In this document: in pieces, positions 9,256-19,604 of the stretch
How positions within the stretch are numbered: the first letter of the stretch is position 1
How the letters are laid out: each line of letters begins with the position of its first letter
Origin: an uncultured Dehalococcoidia bacterium
GTDB taxonomy: Bacteria > Chloroflexota > Dehalococcoidia > Lucifugimonadales > UBA3495
Reading direction: 5' to 3'
DNA length: 57,474 nucleotides
Assembly: GCA_950072105.1 (NCBI GenBank)
Contig: CATMOE010000017.1
Location: 1-57,474 of the forward strand
The notes under the pieces: model-generated
Seen by the model: the letters and a program-made list of their open reading frames with translations, nothing else
Told to the model about the DNA's origin: nothing
The model's database searches: none
Program-made: the position numbers and the translations under genes

Positions 9256-10287
9256 ATGGAACGACAAGCAGGAACCAAGAAAGGAATCTTGATTTTATTT
9301 GGGCTGGGACTAATGTTGATGCTGGTGCTGGCATGTACATCGAGGGAGGGCCAGGTGACCGGAGCCGTCCAGCAAAACAACGGCCAGCCGGTCCAAGCCA
9401 GTGCAGCATCTGACGTATCACCCGCCAACAACGCCATGATGGAGTTGGCCGAGCGCCGGGCAATGGCTCTCGGAGCCTCAGCAACTTTTGATGGACCGAT
9501 GGCCGCGCGCCAGGGAATCATGGTAAGCGGCCGGGGCGGGGCTTCTGCCGAGGCAGACCTGGCGATCTTGAACTTGGGAGTGCAAACCCTGGCCGACACC
9601 GTGGCCGAAGCCCGCGAGCAGGCCGCGGCCGCCATGGGACGGGTATTTGAGGTACTGAAGGCTAAGAACATCGAGAACCGGGACATCCAGACCAGCAATT
9701 TCAATATCAATCCCAGGTACACCAGCCGGGAAGTGACCAGATGCCCTGCCGCCTTGGACACTGGTGTACGCCAAGTCGCGCCCGCCGTTGAACCCAAAGT
9801 AGAGGCAAGCCGGGAAATTACCTTGGCGCCAAGCCTGGAGATTGCCCGGAGTCAGGGAAAGCCCGAATGCTTCAAAGAGCGGGAACGGGTCATCATAGGC
9901 TACGAAGTTACCAACCAGCTAACGGTCAAGTTGCGGGACTTGGACGACGCCGGCAGTGTCATCGACGAGGTGACGGCCGCCGGAGGAAACCTCATCCGAT
10001 TCAATGGAATCAGGTTCACGATCGACGACACCGATCCCCTGCAGGATGAGGCCCGGGCAGCGGCCATCGGCGATATGATGGACAAAGCCAATCAAGTCGC
10101 CAGCCTGACCGGAGTCGAACTAGGCAAGCTCATCAACATCAGCGAATCCGGGGGCCAGCCTCGCGTCTCCTTCGATACTTTTGAGCGGGTGTCTTTCGCC
10201 ACCTCTGCCAAGAGTGCTCCCACGCCAATCATAGGCGGAGAGCTGGAGGTAACGGTCACGGTACAAGCACTGTACGCCATCAAGTAG
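9256..10287 (+). CDS. SIMPL/DUF541 (YggE/BP26-like) exported protein, probable lipoprotein
   Basis: Signal peptide with VLAC lipobox, GIMVSGRG, DIQTSNFNINPRY, GYEVTNQLTV, GVELGKLINISE; RBS AGGAGG. Confidence 0.88.
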   Translation: MERQAGTKKGILILFGLGLMLMLVLACTSREGQVTGAVQQNNGQPVQASAASDVSPANNAMMELAERRAMALGASATFDGPMAARQGIMVSGRGGASAEADLAILNLGVQTLADTVAEAREQAAAAMGRVFEVLKAKNIENRDIQTSNFNINPRYTSREVTRCPAALDTGVRQVAPAVEPKVEASREITLAPSLEIARSQGKPECFKERERVIIGYEVTNQLTVKLRDLDDAGSVIDEVTAAGGNLIRFNGIRFTIDDTDPLQDEARAAAIGDMMDKANQVASLTGVELGKLINISESGGQPRVSFDTFERVSFATSAKSAPTPIIGGELEVTVTVQALYAIK

Positions 10288-10325
10288 CGATCTTACGCCG
10301 TTCTCTGAGTGAATCACTCGACGCA

Positions 10326-10357
10326 AACCCCTACCCTATGACACGTGGGTGGGGGTT
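10326..10357. terminator. Hairpin after the SIMPL gene (possible terminator)
   Basis: AACCCCTACCC..GGGTGGGGGTT imperfect stem, weak U-tract. Confidence 0.4.
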
Positions 10358-10425
10358 GGGCTTTGCGCCATGAATGGCTATCGACCATCAATTAAGACAG
10401 ATGGACTTCAATATAACTGGCCAAC

Positions 10426-10495
10426 TTGCTAACGTAGCTTCGGGTTGCTAGAATCTAGTTGTATCAATTCTCACGATACTGTTACTTATGTAACA
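10426..10495 (+). promoter_or_regulatory. Sigma70-type promoter of the rib operon with a downstream palindrome
   Basis: TTGCTA-N17-TAGAAT with extended TG; TGTTAC-N4-GTAACA at 10480-10495. Confidence 0.55.
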
Positions 10496-10570
10496 TAGGC
10501 CTAGGCGATATGGCGAACGCTGTCTCAACCCTTCCAGGACTAAACGCATAGACTTTCTGGTAGATTTTCA

Positions 10571-11695
10571 ATGACTCCCATGAAACGCGCCGTCAGCCTG
10601 GCCCGCCAGGCCCTAGGCACCACCAGCCCCAATCCCGCCGTTGGAGCGGTGGTGGTTAAGGACGGCGTGGTGCTGGGCACCGGCCATACTCAACCTGCGG
10701 GAAGCCACCACGCCGAGATTGAAGCCCTACGGTCGGCCGGAGACTCGTCCCGGGGAGCGACTCTCTACACTACCCTGGAACCATGTTGCCATTTCGGCCG
10801 CACTCCGCCTTGCACTCAGGCCATAATCTCCGCCGGGGTAGCGGAGGTTCTAGTGGCCGCGATCGACCCCAACCCTCGCGTCTCCGGTAAGGGAAAGACA
10901 GAATTGGAAGCCTCCGGCTTGCGGGTCGAGGTTGGAGAGGAAGCCGAGGCCGCCGGGGAACTGTACGAAGCCTTCGCCAAATACATCATCACCGGGCTTC
11001 CATTCGTCATCGCCAAGTTCGCTATGAGCCTGGATGGCAAGATCGCCACCAACTCAGGAGATTCCCGGTGGGTCACCGGTCCCCAGGCCCGGGAGGTCGT
11101 TCAGCGGCTCCGCCGGGAAAGTGACGCGGTGATGGTCGGCATCGGCACCGTACTGGCCGACGATCCCCAACTAACAAATCGGAATGACCAAGGAGACCCA
11201 TTAACCAGGCAACCATTGCGGGTGATCCTTGACAGCCGATGCCGCACTCCACCAGATGCCCGTATGCTTCAAGAACCTGGAGCCACGCTGATCGTGACCG
11301 CCGGCGATCCTACCGTTCAGCAAGCTGAACGCCTGAAAAACGCGGGCGCAGAGGTGTTGCCGGTGGCCTCCACCCATGATGGACGGATCGACTTGAATCA
11401 GGTCATGGCTGAACTGGGTAAGCGCGATATCGTCAGTCTTTTGGTGGAGGCGGGCGGCACTCTGCAAGGTTCCCTCTTTGACACCGGATTGGTCGACAAA
11501 GTGATGGCGTTCATCGCCCCGGTGATTATCGGGGGAATACAGGCCGCCTCCCCCGTCGAGGGGATCGGCGCATCCCGCATGGCCGGCAGTTGGCGGCTTA
11601 CCCGAACTAATCTGCAAGAAGTGGGGCCCGACTGGCTGGTGACCGGCTACCCGGATCCATCTCCAAAGGCCCCATCACGGCAGACGGAGGCATAG
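10571..11695 (+). CDS. ribD: Riboflavin biosynthesis deaminase/reductase
   Basis: PNPAVG, HAE, TLEPCCH..PPC, SLDGKIA, EAGG. Confidence 0.96.
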   Translation: MTPMKRAVSLARQALGTTSPNPAVGAVVVKDGVVLGTGHTQPAGSHHAEIEALRSAGDSSRGATLYTTLEPCCHFGRTPPCTQAIISAGVAEVLVAAIDPNPRVSGKGKTELEASGLRVEVGEEAEAAGELYEAFAKYIITGLPFVIAKFAMSLDGKIATNSGDSRWVTGPQAREVVQRLRRESDAVMVGIGTVLADDPQLTNRNDQGDPLTRQPLRVILDSRCRTPPDARMLQEPGATLIVTAGDPTVQQAERLKNAGAEVLPVASTHDGRIDLNQVMAELGKRDIVSLLVEAGGTLQGSLFDTGLVDKVMAFIAPVIIGGIQAASPVEGIGASRMAGSWRLTRTNLQEVGPDWLVTGYPDPSPKAPSRQTEA

Positions 11696-11696
11696 A

Positions 11697-12272
11697 TTGT
11701 TCACCGGCATAATAGAAGAGGTAGGTACGGTAGCTAAGTTGGGTGACTTTAAGCTCACCATCAACGCGAGCAAAGTTTTGGAAGACCAAAAGATGGGCGA
11801 CAGCATCGCGGTGAACGGAACCTGCCTGACCGTAGTTGACCATGACCGATCGACCTTCTCCGTCGATCTATCGCCCGAAACGCTGAGCCGCACCTCACTG
11901 GGAAGTTTGGCCCAGGGTCATAAGGTCAATCTGGAGCGGCCCCTGGCGGTGAGCGATCGGCTGGGCGGACACATCGTTCAGGGCCATGTCGATGCGACGG
12001 GCCGGATAACATCGTCCAGAACCGAGGGTAATTCCCAGATCCTACGGATCCGCTATCCCAACAGATTGAGAGTTTATATCGTGGAAAAAGGGTTCATCAC
12101 GGTTGACGGTATCAGTCTCACCGTGGTACAAAAGGGTACGTCGTCCTTCACCCTGTCGGTGATACCCTATACACTGGAAAACACGAACTTGCAGGACAAG
12201 GGACCCGGCGACCGCGTCAACTTGGAAGCAGACATCGTAGCGAAATATGTGGAGAGCATGCTAGCAAGATGA
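11697..12272 (+). CDS. ribE: Riboflavin synthase (alpha chain)
   Basis: MFTGIIEE, GDSIAVNGTCLTV, GGHIVQGHVD. Confidence 0.96.
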   Translation: MFTGIIEEVGTVAKLGDFKLTINASKVLEDQKMGDSIAVNGTCLTVVDHDRSTFSVDLSPETLSRTSLGSLAQGHKVNLERPLAVSDRLGGHIVQGHVDATGRITSSRTEGNSQILRIRYPNRLRVYIVEKGFITVDGISLTVVQKGTSSFTLSVIPYTLENTNLQDKGPGDRVNLEADIVAKYVESMLAR

Positions 12273-12326
12273 CCCAAGAGTGTTTGACAGACTCAATCAA
12301 TTCTGCCCCACAAGAAGGAAGGTTAT

Positions 12327-13532
12327 ATGCCTCTCTGTAGCTTGGAAGAGGCCCTAGAAGACCTCAAAGCCGGAAAGTTCGTAATCGTCGTAGACGACGA
12401 GCAGCGAGAAAATGAAGGCGATCTAGTGATGTTCGCCGAGACAGTGACCCCGGAAGCCGTTAACTTCGCGGTCACCGAAGCCCGTGGACTGCTATGCATG
12501 CCCATCATCGGGGAGCGTCTGGACGAACTGGATATCCCTCTGATGATCTCACAAAACACGTCCACCAAGAATCACACCGCTTTCACCGTTTCGATTGACT
12601 ACAATCAGGGCACCACTACCGGTATATCAGCGCAAGATAGGTCCGCTACCATCCAGGCGTTGATCGACCCGGAAGTCAGAGGCGATAAGTTGTCCCGGCC
12701 GGGCCATCTGTTTCCCTTGCGGTACCATCCCGGCGGCGTCTTGGCACGGGCTGGACACACGGAAGCCATCGTCGATCTGTGCGTGATCGCGGGTGTGTAT
12801 CCCGCCGGGATCGTCTGCGAAATAATGAACGAAGACGGCACCATGTCGCGTATGGAGACGCTGGAGAAGTTCGCGGATAAACACCAACTGAATGTCCTGA
12901 GCATCGCCCAGATCATCGCCTACCGCCGCCGCCACGAGAAGCTCATCGAGCGAGTGGCCGAGGCCCGTCTGCCCACCAAATACGGCGAATTTAAAGCCAT
13001 CGCCTACCGTAGTCAGGTGGACCCCGGAGAGCACATCGCCATGACCATCGGCACGTGGAATGCGGACCAACCCGTGCTGGTGCGGATCCACAGCGAGTGT
13101 CTGACCGGCGACGTCTTTGGCAGTCTCCGTTGCGATTGCGGCGAGCAGATAGAGATGGCGCTGACCATTCTGGGCAAGGAAGGGGCCGGCGTGTTTCTGT
13201 ACATGCGGCAAGAAGGTCGAGGCATAGGCCTGCACAACAAGATAAAGGCCTATTCGCTGCAGGACGGGGGCTTGGACACCATTGAAGCCAACAAAAAATT
13301 AGGCTTCGAGGCCGACCTTCGCCATTACGGCATCGGCGCGCAGATTCTCCAAGACCTGGGAGTGAAAAAGCTCCGTCTCTTGACCAACAATCCTCGGAAG
13401 GTGGCAGGTATCTCGGGTTTCGATCTGGAGATCGTTGAACGGGTGCCGGTGGAGGCTGCGGTTACCGATGAGAATCGGGACTACATGATGACTAAAAAGA
13501 TTCGCATGGGCCACATTCTGGGCAACTGCTAA
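12327..13532 (+). CDS. ribBA: Bifunctional DHBP synthase / GTP cyclohydrolase II
   Basis: RENEGDL, GHTEA, RIHSECLTGD..CDC, QEGRGIGL. Confidence 0.96.
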   Translation: MPLCSLEEALEDLKAGKFVIVVDDEQRENEGDLVMFAETVTPEAVNFAVTEARGLLCMPIIGERLDELDIPLMISQNTSTKNHTAFTVSIDYNQGTTTGISAQDRSATIQALIDPEVRGDKLSRPGHLFPLRYHPGGVLARAGHTEAIVDLCVIAGVYPAGIVCEIMNEDGTMSRMETLEKFADKHQLNVLSIAQIIAYRRRHEKLIERVAEARLPTKYGEFKAIAYRSQVDPGEHIAMTIGTWNADQPVLVRIHSECLTGDVFGSLRCDCGEQIEMALTILGKEGAGVFLYMRQEGRGIGLHNKIKAYSLQDGGLDTIEANKKLGFEADLRHYGIGAQILQDLGVKKLRLLTNNPRKVAGISGFDLEIVERVPVEAAVTDENRDYMMTKKIRMGHILGNC

Positions 13533-13556
13533 ACTCGGCTGATCCACTAGTAATCA

Positions 13557-13591
13557 AAGAGGCGGGTCTTTCGGACCCGCCTCTTGCTTTT
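13557..13591. terminator. Bidirectional intrinsic terminator between ribBA and prfB
   Basis: AAGAGGCGGGTC-tttcg-GACCCGCCTCTT between convergent genes. Confidence 0.85.
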
Positions 13592-13633
13592 GATTGGTCT
13601 AGGTGGTTTGCCAGACGAGGCACAACCCGAACG

Positions 13634-14741
13634 CTAGGTTTCCTGCTTTCCAACTTGCGACATCAAGTAGGCTTCGATAAATCCCCCCAGGTCTCCGTTC
13701 AACACCGCGTCGGGATTGGTGCTCTGGTAATTAGTCCGGTGGTCCTTCACCGACTTGTAGGGGTGTAGAACATAGCTCCTGATCTGGTTTCCCCACTCCG
13801 GAATCGCGCGTTCACCACGTAGTTTAGCCAGCTCTTGAGCCTTTTCTTCGTTCATCTTGGCCAGCAGCTTGGCCTTGAGGATGCGCATGGCAAACTCCCG
13901 GTTCTGGTGCTGGGAGCGTTCGTTTTGGCAAGTAACGACCATCCCGGTGGGGAGGTGGGTGAGTCTTACCGCTGAAGCGACCTTCTGCACGTTTTGGCCG
14001 CCCGGTCCGCTCGACCGGAATACGTCCAGTTTTATATCGTCGGAGCGGACTTCAATCTCCGGGTCTTCCTCGGCCGAAGGCAGTATCTCCACCTCGGCAA
14101 AGGAGGTGTGGCGCAGGTGGTTGGGATCGTACGGCGATAACCGGACCAGCCGGTGCACGCCCCTTTCGGCGCTGAGATATCCGTATGCGTAGGGTCCGGC
14201 GACCTCGATGATTCCGCTGCGCAGACCGGCTTCCTCTCCGTAAGACATGTCCATGATTTGAACGGAGCGGGTGTCGGTTTCCGCCCATTTGACGTACATG
14301 CGAAACAGCATTTCCGCCCAGTCTTGGGAATCGGTCCCACCGACTCCGGCGTGTATCGACAAGATGGCCGAGCGTTCGTCGTAGGGTCCGGAAAGGGTCA
14401 GAATGATTTCTTGCTTGGCCAGGGCATCCGAAATCTCTTTACCCTCTTCTTCCAGTTCGCTTTGTAGGGAGTCGTCCCCTTCCTCCATCGCCAATTCCGT
14501 CAGTTCGAACAGGTTGCCGGCCCTGGACTGAAGCCCGCGCCAAGTGGAAACTGTATCTTTGATCCGGCCCAATTCTTGCATCTTCCGCTGGGCCTCCCGG
14601 GGATCATCCCAATATCCGGGGCTTGAAGCAGCCAGTTCCATCTCACCTATGGCCTTTTCTTTGCCTACGAGGTCAAAGACGCTCCACGACAGAATCGATC
14701 TTCTGGCGCATGCTGGATAGGTCTTGCTTTAGCTGTTCCAT
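13634..14741 (-). CDS. prfB: Peptide chain release factor 2 with programmed +1 frameshift
   Basis: GGQ motif, SPY anticodon-mimic tripeptide; upstream frame MEQLKQDLSSMRQKIDSVVERL ends in CTT TGA C (14678-14672) with GGAG 3 nt upstream. Confidence 0.96.
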
Positions 14742-14915
14742 CGCAGTGTCAATCCTCGTAAGCCGTTACCGGCGAATTCGTGATACCCAGATCCGGTAGA
14801 ATCGCTCAGGCGTGCGGAATCGTTGGTATCCAAGAGTGTTGTGAAAAGTTAAACCGTCCAACCCGTCCCCGCACTTACACTTATCCAGTATATCAGACAT
14901 CCAAAATTGTCCGGA

Positions 14916-15806
14916 TCAGCCCACCCCTAGCTGCTCTCGGAGCCAGGCTTCCCGGATGACGCTATGGGGATGGCCGCCGCCTTCGCTGGCCCCGTCGTAG
15001 ACTCTCAGGTCGCAATGAGGCAATCGAGCCGCCAACAGTTCTCCTATGCGCAGAGGGCACAATCCTCGGTCCCGGCGTCCCAGGCTAAGCAGTACTGGGG
15101 CTTCTACCTTGGGAGCGGCCGCAACCGGGTCCAAAGGAGCCGTGCTGCCCAGGATCGCCTCTTTTCGGTGGGGGTAAACTCTTAAATAATCGGTGAGTTC
15201 GGCCAAGGGATAGGCTAGATCGTGTTCCAGAAGCTCTGGATGCCCCAAGGCCAGCGGAGTATCGGCCGCCACGGCGGTGATCCTCGGACGGCGGGCGGCG
15301 GCCAGCAAGGACAAAGCCCCGCCGAGACCGCTGCCGGTCAACGCGATAGGCCCGACTTCAGCCAATGTTTGCCCCAAGAGAGCGTCAACCGCCCGCAAAG
15401 CGTCGGCGAACACCCGCATCATCGCGAAGGTATCCTGCCGCTCGATACCCTGGGTAAGCAGACCAGGATAATTGGCTTGGAACACCGACTCACTTTGCCT
15501 CTGGCCTCGGTGGGTAGCGTTCATCACCAGAGCAACCGATCGAAGTGGCGTGTATACGATGTCGTGAACGCTGCCGTAATCAGGCATGCGCAGCAATGCC
15601 GGGACCGGTCCATCGGCCGAGACCGGCGCCGACAGCCAGCAGAACAGCCGGTACCCGTCCAATCCGGTGTAATGCAAGCGGTAGACATCCCAATCGGGTT
15701 GGGAGTAAAAAGCGTCCCGTTCCTGCTCAAGATCCAACGGGATCTGCTCCAATTGGCGGTCCAGGGAGTTCCAGATCGCGTCCGGATCGGTCCGGTGCTC
15801 AGTCAT
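14916..15806 (-). CDS. Acetyl xylan esterase/cephalosporin-C deacetylase (CE7) paralog lacking the catalytic Ser
   Basis: Colinear with the upstream paralog (YPGLLT, DALRAVD, YPLAEL) but has GSGLGG in place of GSSQGG. Confidence 0.85.
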   Translation of the reverse strand: MTEHRTDPDAIWNSLDRQLEQIPLDLEQERDAFYSQPDWDVYRLHYTGLDGYRLFCWLSAPVSADGPVPALLRMPDYGSVHDIVYTPLRSVALVMNATHRGQRQSESVFQANYPGLLTQGIERQDTFAMMRVFADALRAVDALLGQTLAEVGPIALTGSGLGGALSLLAAARRPRITAVAADTPLALGHPELLEHDLAYPLAELTDYLRVYPHRKEAILGSTAPLDPVAAAPKVEAPVLLSLGRRDRGLCPLRIGELLAARLPHCDLRVYDGASEGGGHPHSVIREAWLREQLGVG

Positions 15807-16746
15807 TTGCGCCCCCGGGGTTGGTCAGATCTATCTGCCGTTCCAGCCATTCCGTTTCCTTGGCCGGGTAGTCGTGGGCGTTGCCGTGGCCCGAATCGGG
15901 AAATAGCCATAGCTCTTTGGGACCGGTCAGCCGCTGATAAGCGGCGTAACTGGTTTCCGGCGGGCAGACCTCGTCCTCCAAAGCGATTCCCACGACCATT
16001 GGATACTTGATCCCCGGAGCGAAGTTAACCGCGTCGTAATAGCGCAGGGTCTCCAGCATTTCCTGGACCAGGTCCGGATAGGCCCTGGCGTAACAGTTCA
16101 GCTCGTCGTAGGGGTAGCTACGCAGCATCCTCATCGACTCGGGAAAACAGCAAAGAAAGGGATAGCCGGCCACGCCACCCCTTATCTCAGGACGGAGCGC
16201 CGAAGTTATTAAAGTCAGTCCTCCTCCCTGGCTGCTGCCGCAAGCGAAGATACGTTGGGGGTCGACTTCCGGACGGGACAGCAAGAAGTCGACCCCGCGC
16301 GAGCAATCGGAAATAACGCCCTTGTAACCGTAAGTATCCCGGCCTTGGATACCGTGGGTCAGCAATCCCGGATATCCCGGATTGAAATCGGCGTGGCTGC
16401 CCAGCTTTCCCCGCACCGCTACGGTCAGGATGACAACTTCCTTACGGCCCCAATCCCGCCGCAGGCCGGGTTCGCCTTTGTAGCCGGGAAACCGGATGAC
16501 GGCCGGAAAGGGTCCGTCTCCCTCGGTTGGCACACAATACCACCCGGATATCTCCAGGCCGTCAAGGCTCCGGTAGTGGACCCGGGAAACATCCACATCG
16601 GCGTTGGACCGCATGGGGTCCGGAGACAGGCTCGGTTCCAAGGGAATCTCCGCCAATCCGGCCAGCACCCGCTCCCAGAAATCGTCGAAGTCTTCCGGGC
16701 GGGTAACTTGAGTGACGAATGCGTCCAGGTCCTTTTGGTCAGCCAA
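15799..16746 (-). CDS. Acetyl xylan esterase/cephalosporin-C deacetylase (CE7)
   Basis: RPEDFDDFW, GSSQGG, DEVCPPET, GH; likely TTG start at 16746 behind AGGAGG rather than the 16926 ORF start. Confidence 0.9.
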   Translation of the reverse strand: MADQKDLDAFVTQVTRPEDFDDFWERVLAGLAEIPLEPSLSPDPMRSNADVDVSRVHYRSLDGLEISGWYCVPTEGDGPFPAVIRFPGYKGEPGLRRDWGRKEVVILTVAVRGKLGSHADFNPGYPGLLTHGIQGRDTYGYKGVISDCSRGVDFLLSRPEVDPQRIFACGSSQGGGLTLITSALRPEIRGGVAGYPFLCCFPESMRMLRSYPYDELNCYARAYPDLVQEMLETLRYYDAVNFAPGIKYPMVVGIALEDEVCPPETSYAAYQRLTGPKELWLFPDSGHGNAHDYPAKETEWLERQIDLTNPGGAND

Positions 16747-17001
16747 ACATGTGCCTCCTGCCCGCCGTGGCCGCCCAGAGGAATCGCGGCGGTGCGGCCC
16801 ATTATATTCCCCGGTTCCCCGCCCGGCAAAGCATCCCTCGATGGGCGACCTGTGATACACCGTCCCCCTAACCACAGTAATAAGACCTGATGACCCTGGG
16901 AGAATCCGGTCCAGACTAGAAGTCATCCAAGCTAGGGGATAACATGGCGTGGCGGGCAGGCCGCCGGGCCGCTCATTTAACTGATCCTAGAGGGGCACAA
17001 G

Positions 17002-17619
17002 TTGATCTTACTTATTGCCTTTGCCTTTGGTCTGGGCGCCTACCTTTTGGGATCGGTGCCGACGGCTTACATCATGGTTCGCCTAGTCACGGGACATGAC
17101 ATCCGGCAGCTAGGTTCCAGAAATGTGGGCGCGCTCAATACCTACCAACAGGTGGGGACGTGGCGCGCCGTGCCGGTCTTGATAGTCGACGCCGGAAAAG
17201 GCGTGCTGGCCGTGTTGGTACCCATCTGGCTAGGCGCCCCCCATTGGACGGTCTTGGTAACCACCACTTTAGTAGTGGCCGGACACAACTGGCCGGTGTT
17301 CCTTGGGTTTCGCGGCGGCAAAGGGGCGTCGGCCATATTCGGCGTCTCTTTGGCTTTGGTGCCGGTGCTAACTCTGATAACCCTTGTGCCGGTGGCCTTG
17401 ATCGTCCTAGCCGTTCGCAACGTGGTCCTTGGCGTGGCCTTCGGCTTCCTCATGTTGAATATACTTCTGCTGGTCTCCGACCGGAACCCGGAGCAAGTAG
17501 CCCTGTGTATATTCTTGACGCTGATAGTATCCGTCACATATTTAGTCAGCATTTGGAGCCATGTTGTGCAGTCCATCAAAGACCACCGATGGAAGGAGTT
17601 GTTCACCGGCCTGGCTTAA
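17002..17619 (+). CDS. plsY: Glycerol-3-phosphate acyltransferase PlsY
   Basis: YLLGSVP, DIRQLGSRNVGA, DAGKG, GHNWPVFLGFRGGKG. Confidence 0.92.
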   Translation: MILLIAFAFGLGAYLLGSVPTAYIMVRLVTGHDIRQLGSRNVGALNTYQQVGTWRAVPVLIVDAGKGVLAVLVPIWLGAPHWTVLVTTTLVVAGHNWPVFLGFRGGKGASAIFGVSLALVPVLTLITLVPVALIVLAVRNVVLGVAFGFLMLNILLLVSDRNPEQVALCIFLTLIVSVTYLVSIWSHVVQSIKDHRWKELFTGLA

Positions 17620-17732
17620 CACCCGGAGACGAATTCCAGGCATGGGCTAACCGATATTCGCATATTTGCCGAGCCGCATGAGCTATAATGTACCAAGCCT
17701 TTTTCTTAGGCGTTCAGACGTCCGGGCCTGGA

Positions 17733-17763
17733 TCTGACCGCTGAAAGCCGTCGGCTGATAGCC
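17733..17763. repeat. Heptamer tandem repeat (family B, GCTGANA units)
   Basis: CTGACCGCTGAAAGCCGTCGGCTGATAGCC. Confidence 0.65.
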
Positions 17764-17794
17764 TCTCTTCCAAATTCCAGCTAGGTTAGGTTAC

Positions 17795-19570
17795 ATGCTA
17801 GACCACGGAACCGTCGACACCGGACACGTCAGTCCCGAAATAGCCCTAAGGCATCGCCTGCGCCATTCGGCAGCTCACGTGATGGCCGACGCGGTGCTTA
17901 GCCTCTTTCCCGAGGCGAAAATGGCCATCGGGCCGCCAACCCAAGACGGGTTTTATTACGACTTTGACGTTTCCCGCCCCTTCACGCCGGAAGACCTGGA
18001 ACAGATCGAAGCGTTGATGGTCAAGACCATCGCCGCGGGCCACTCCTTCCGCCGCGAAGAGATGACACGAGAGGAGATCACGTCTCTTTTTTCAGATCAG
18101 CCCTACAAGCTGGAGATAATCGAGGGACTGGCGGAGGAGGAAACCCTCACCGTCTACCGCCACGACGAATTTGTGGACCTTTGCCAAGGCCCTCACGTTG
18201 AAAACACCGGAGAGATCGTCGCGGTCAAGCTGCTAACCGTCGCCGGCGCGTACTGGCGGGGCGACGAGCATCGGCCCATGCTGCAACGGATCTACGGGAC
18301 CGCCTTCGAGAGCCAAGAGGCGTTGGACGCCCACTTGGCGCGTCTGGAGGAAGCGGAGCGGCGGGACCACCGCACTTTGGGCCGACAATTGGGACTCTAC
18401 AGCATCCATGATGAGATTGGGCCGGGGTTGATCGTTTGGCATCCCAAAGGCGGCCTGGTGCGGACCCTCATCGAAGATTACTGGAGAGACCTTCACCGCC
18501 GCTGGGGCTATGACATCGTCTACTCCCCCCACATAGGGCGGGGCAGTCTGTGGCAGACCAGCGGTCATTTGGATTTTTACCGGGAGAATATGTACGGCTC
18601 GCTGGAAGTGGACGAGCAGGAATACTTCCTTAAGCCCATGAACTGCCCATTTCATATCATGATCTACAAGTCGTCGCTGCGTAGTTACCGGGAGTTGCCG
18701 CTAAGATACGGAGAGCTGGGCACGGTGTACCGCTACGAGCGCAGTGGCGTGTTGCACGGCCTGATGCGGGTCAGGGGCTTCACCCAGGACGATGCCCACA
18801 TCTTTTGCCGCCCCGATCAGGTAGTAGACGAAATCGGCCGGGTCTTGGATCTGACATTCGAGCTTCTTCAGGCCTTCGGCTTCAGCGAATATACCATCAA
18901 TGTATCAACCATGCCTGAGAAGGCCGTTGGGGACCCGGAGATGTGGGAGCATGCCACGGATTCTTTGCGCGAGTCGTTGGAGCAACGGGTGTTGTCCTTC
19001 GGGATCGACGAAGGCGGAGGCGCATTCTACGGTCCCAAGATCGACATCCATATCACCGACGCTCTGGGCCGGGCCTGGCAATGCACCACCATCCAGTTCG
19101 ACTTCAACCTGCCGGAGCGGTTTGACCTGACCTATCAGGACGACGAAGGCAACCGGGTCCAACCCTACATGGTCCACCGGGCCATATTGGGGTCGGTGGA
19201 GCGATTCTTCGGGGTTTTGTTAGAGCACTACGCCGGCGCTTTCCCTCTGTGGTTGGCCCCGGTGCAGGCGGTGATCATCCCCATCGCCGACCGCCACCTG
19301 GAGTACGCCAGCCAGGTACAAGACACCTTGGCGAAAGCCGGTTTCCGGGTAGAAGTAGACTCCCGCAGCGACCGCATGAATCAGAAGATTCGCAACGCCC
19401 AGATGCAAAAGGTGCCCTACATGCTGGTGGTGGGCGACAAAGAGGCGGAAGCCGAGTCAGTGTCCGTGCGCCACCGCGACGAAGGCGACCTGGGGCCGAT
19501 GCCGGTTGCTTCGTTTAGGGAGCGGTTGGGTGAGGAGGCGGTGATTCCCTCGGCCAAGGCAACTACTTAA
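17795..19570 (+). CDS. thrS: Threonine--tRNA ligase (no N-terminal TGS domain)
   Basis: HSAAH, DLCQGPH, QRIYG, KPMNCP, RVRGFTQDDAH, FYGPKID. Confidence 0.97.
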   Translation: MLDHGTVDTGHVSPEIALRHRLRHSAAHVMADAVLSLFPEAKMAIGPPTQDGFYYDFDVSRPFTPEDLEQIEALMVKTIAAGHSFRREEMTREEITSLFSDQPYKLEIIEGLAEEETLTVYRHDEFVDLCQGPHVENTGEIVAVKLLTVAGAYWRGDEHRPMLQRIYGTAFESQEALDAHLARLEEAERRDHRTLGRQLGLYSIHDEIGPGLIVWHPKGGLVRTLIEDYWRDLHRRWGYDIVYSPHIGRGSLWQTSGHLDFYRENMYGSLEVDEQEYFLKPMNCPFHIMIYKSSLRSYRELPLRYGELGTVYRYERSGVLHGLMRVRGFTQDDAHIFCRPDQVVDEIGRVLDLTFELLQAFGFSEYTINVSTMPEKAVGDPEMWEHATDSLRESLEQRVLSFGIDEGGGAFYGPKIDIHITDALGRAWQCTTIQFDFNLPERFDLTYQDDEGNRVQPYMVHRAILGSVERFFGVLLEHYAGAFPLWLAPVQAVIIPIADRHLEYASQVQDTLAKAGFRVEVDSRSDRMNQKIRNAQMQKVPYMLVVGDKEAEAESVSVRHRDEGDLGPMPVASFRERLGEEAVIPSAKATT

Positions 19571-19604
19571 GTACTTGCCGAATCAGACCTGCCGATATTT
19601 CACG

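Noticed and set aside
17620..17794. T-box riboswitch upstream of thrS
   Set aside because: No T-box consensus or terminator; the region holds a heptamer repeat instead
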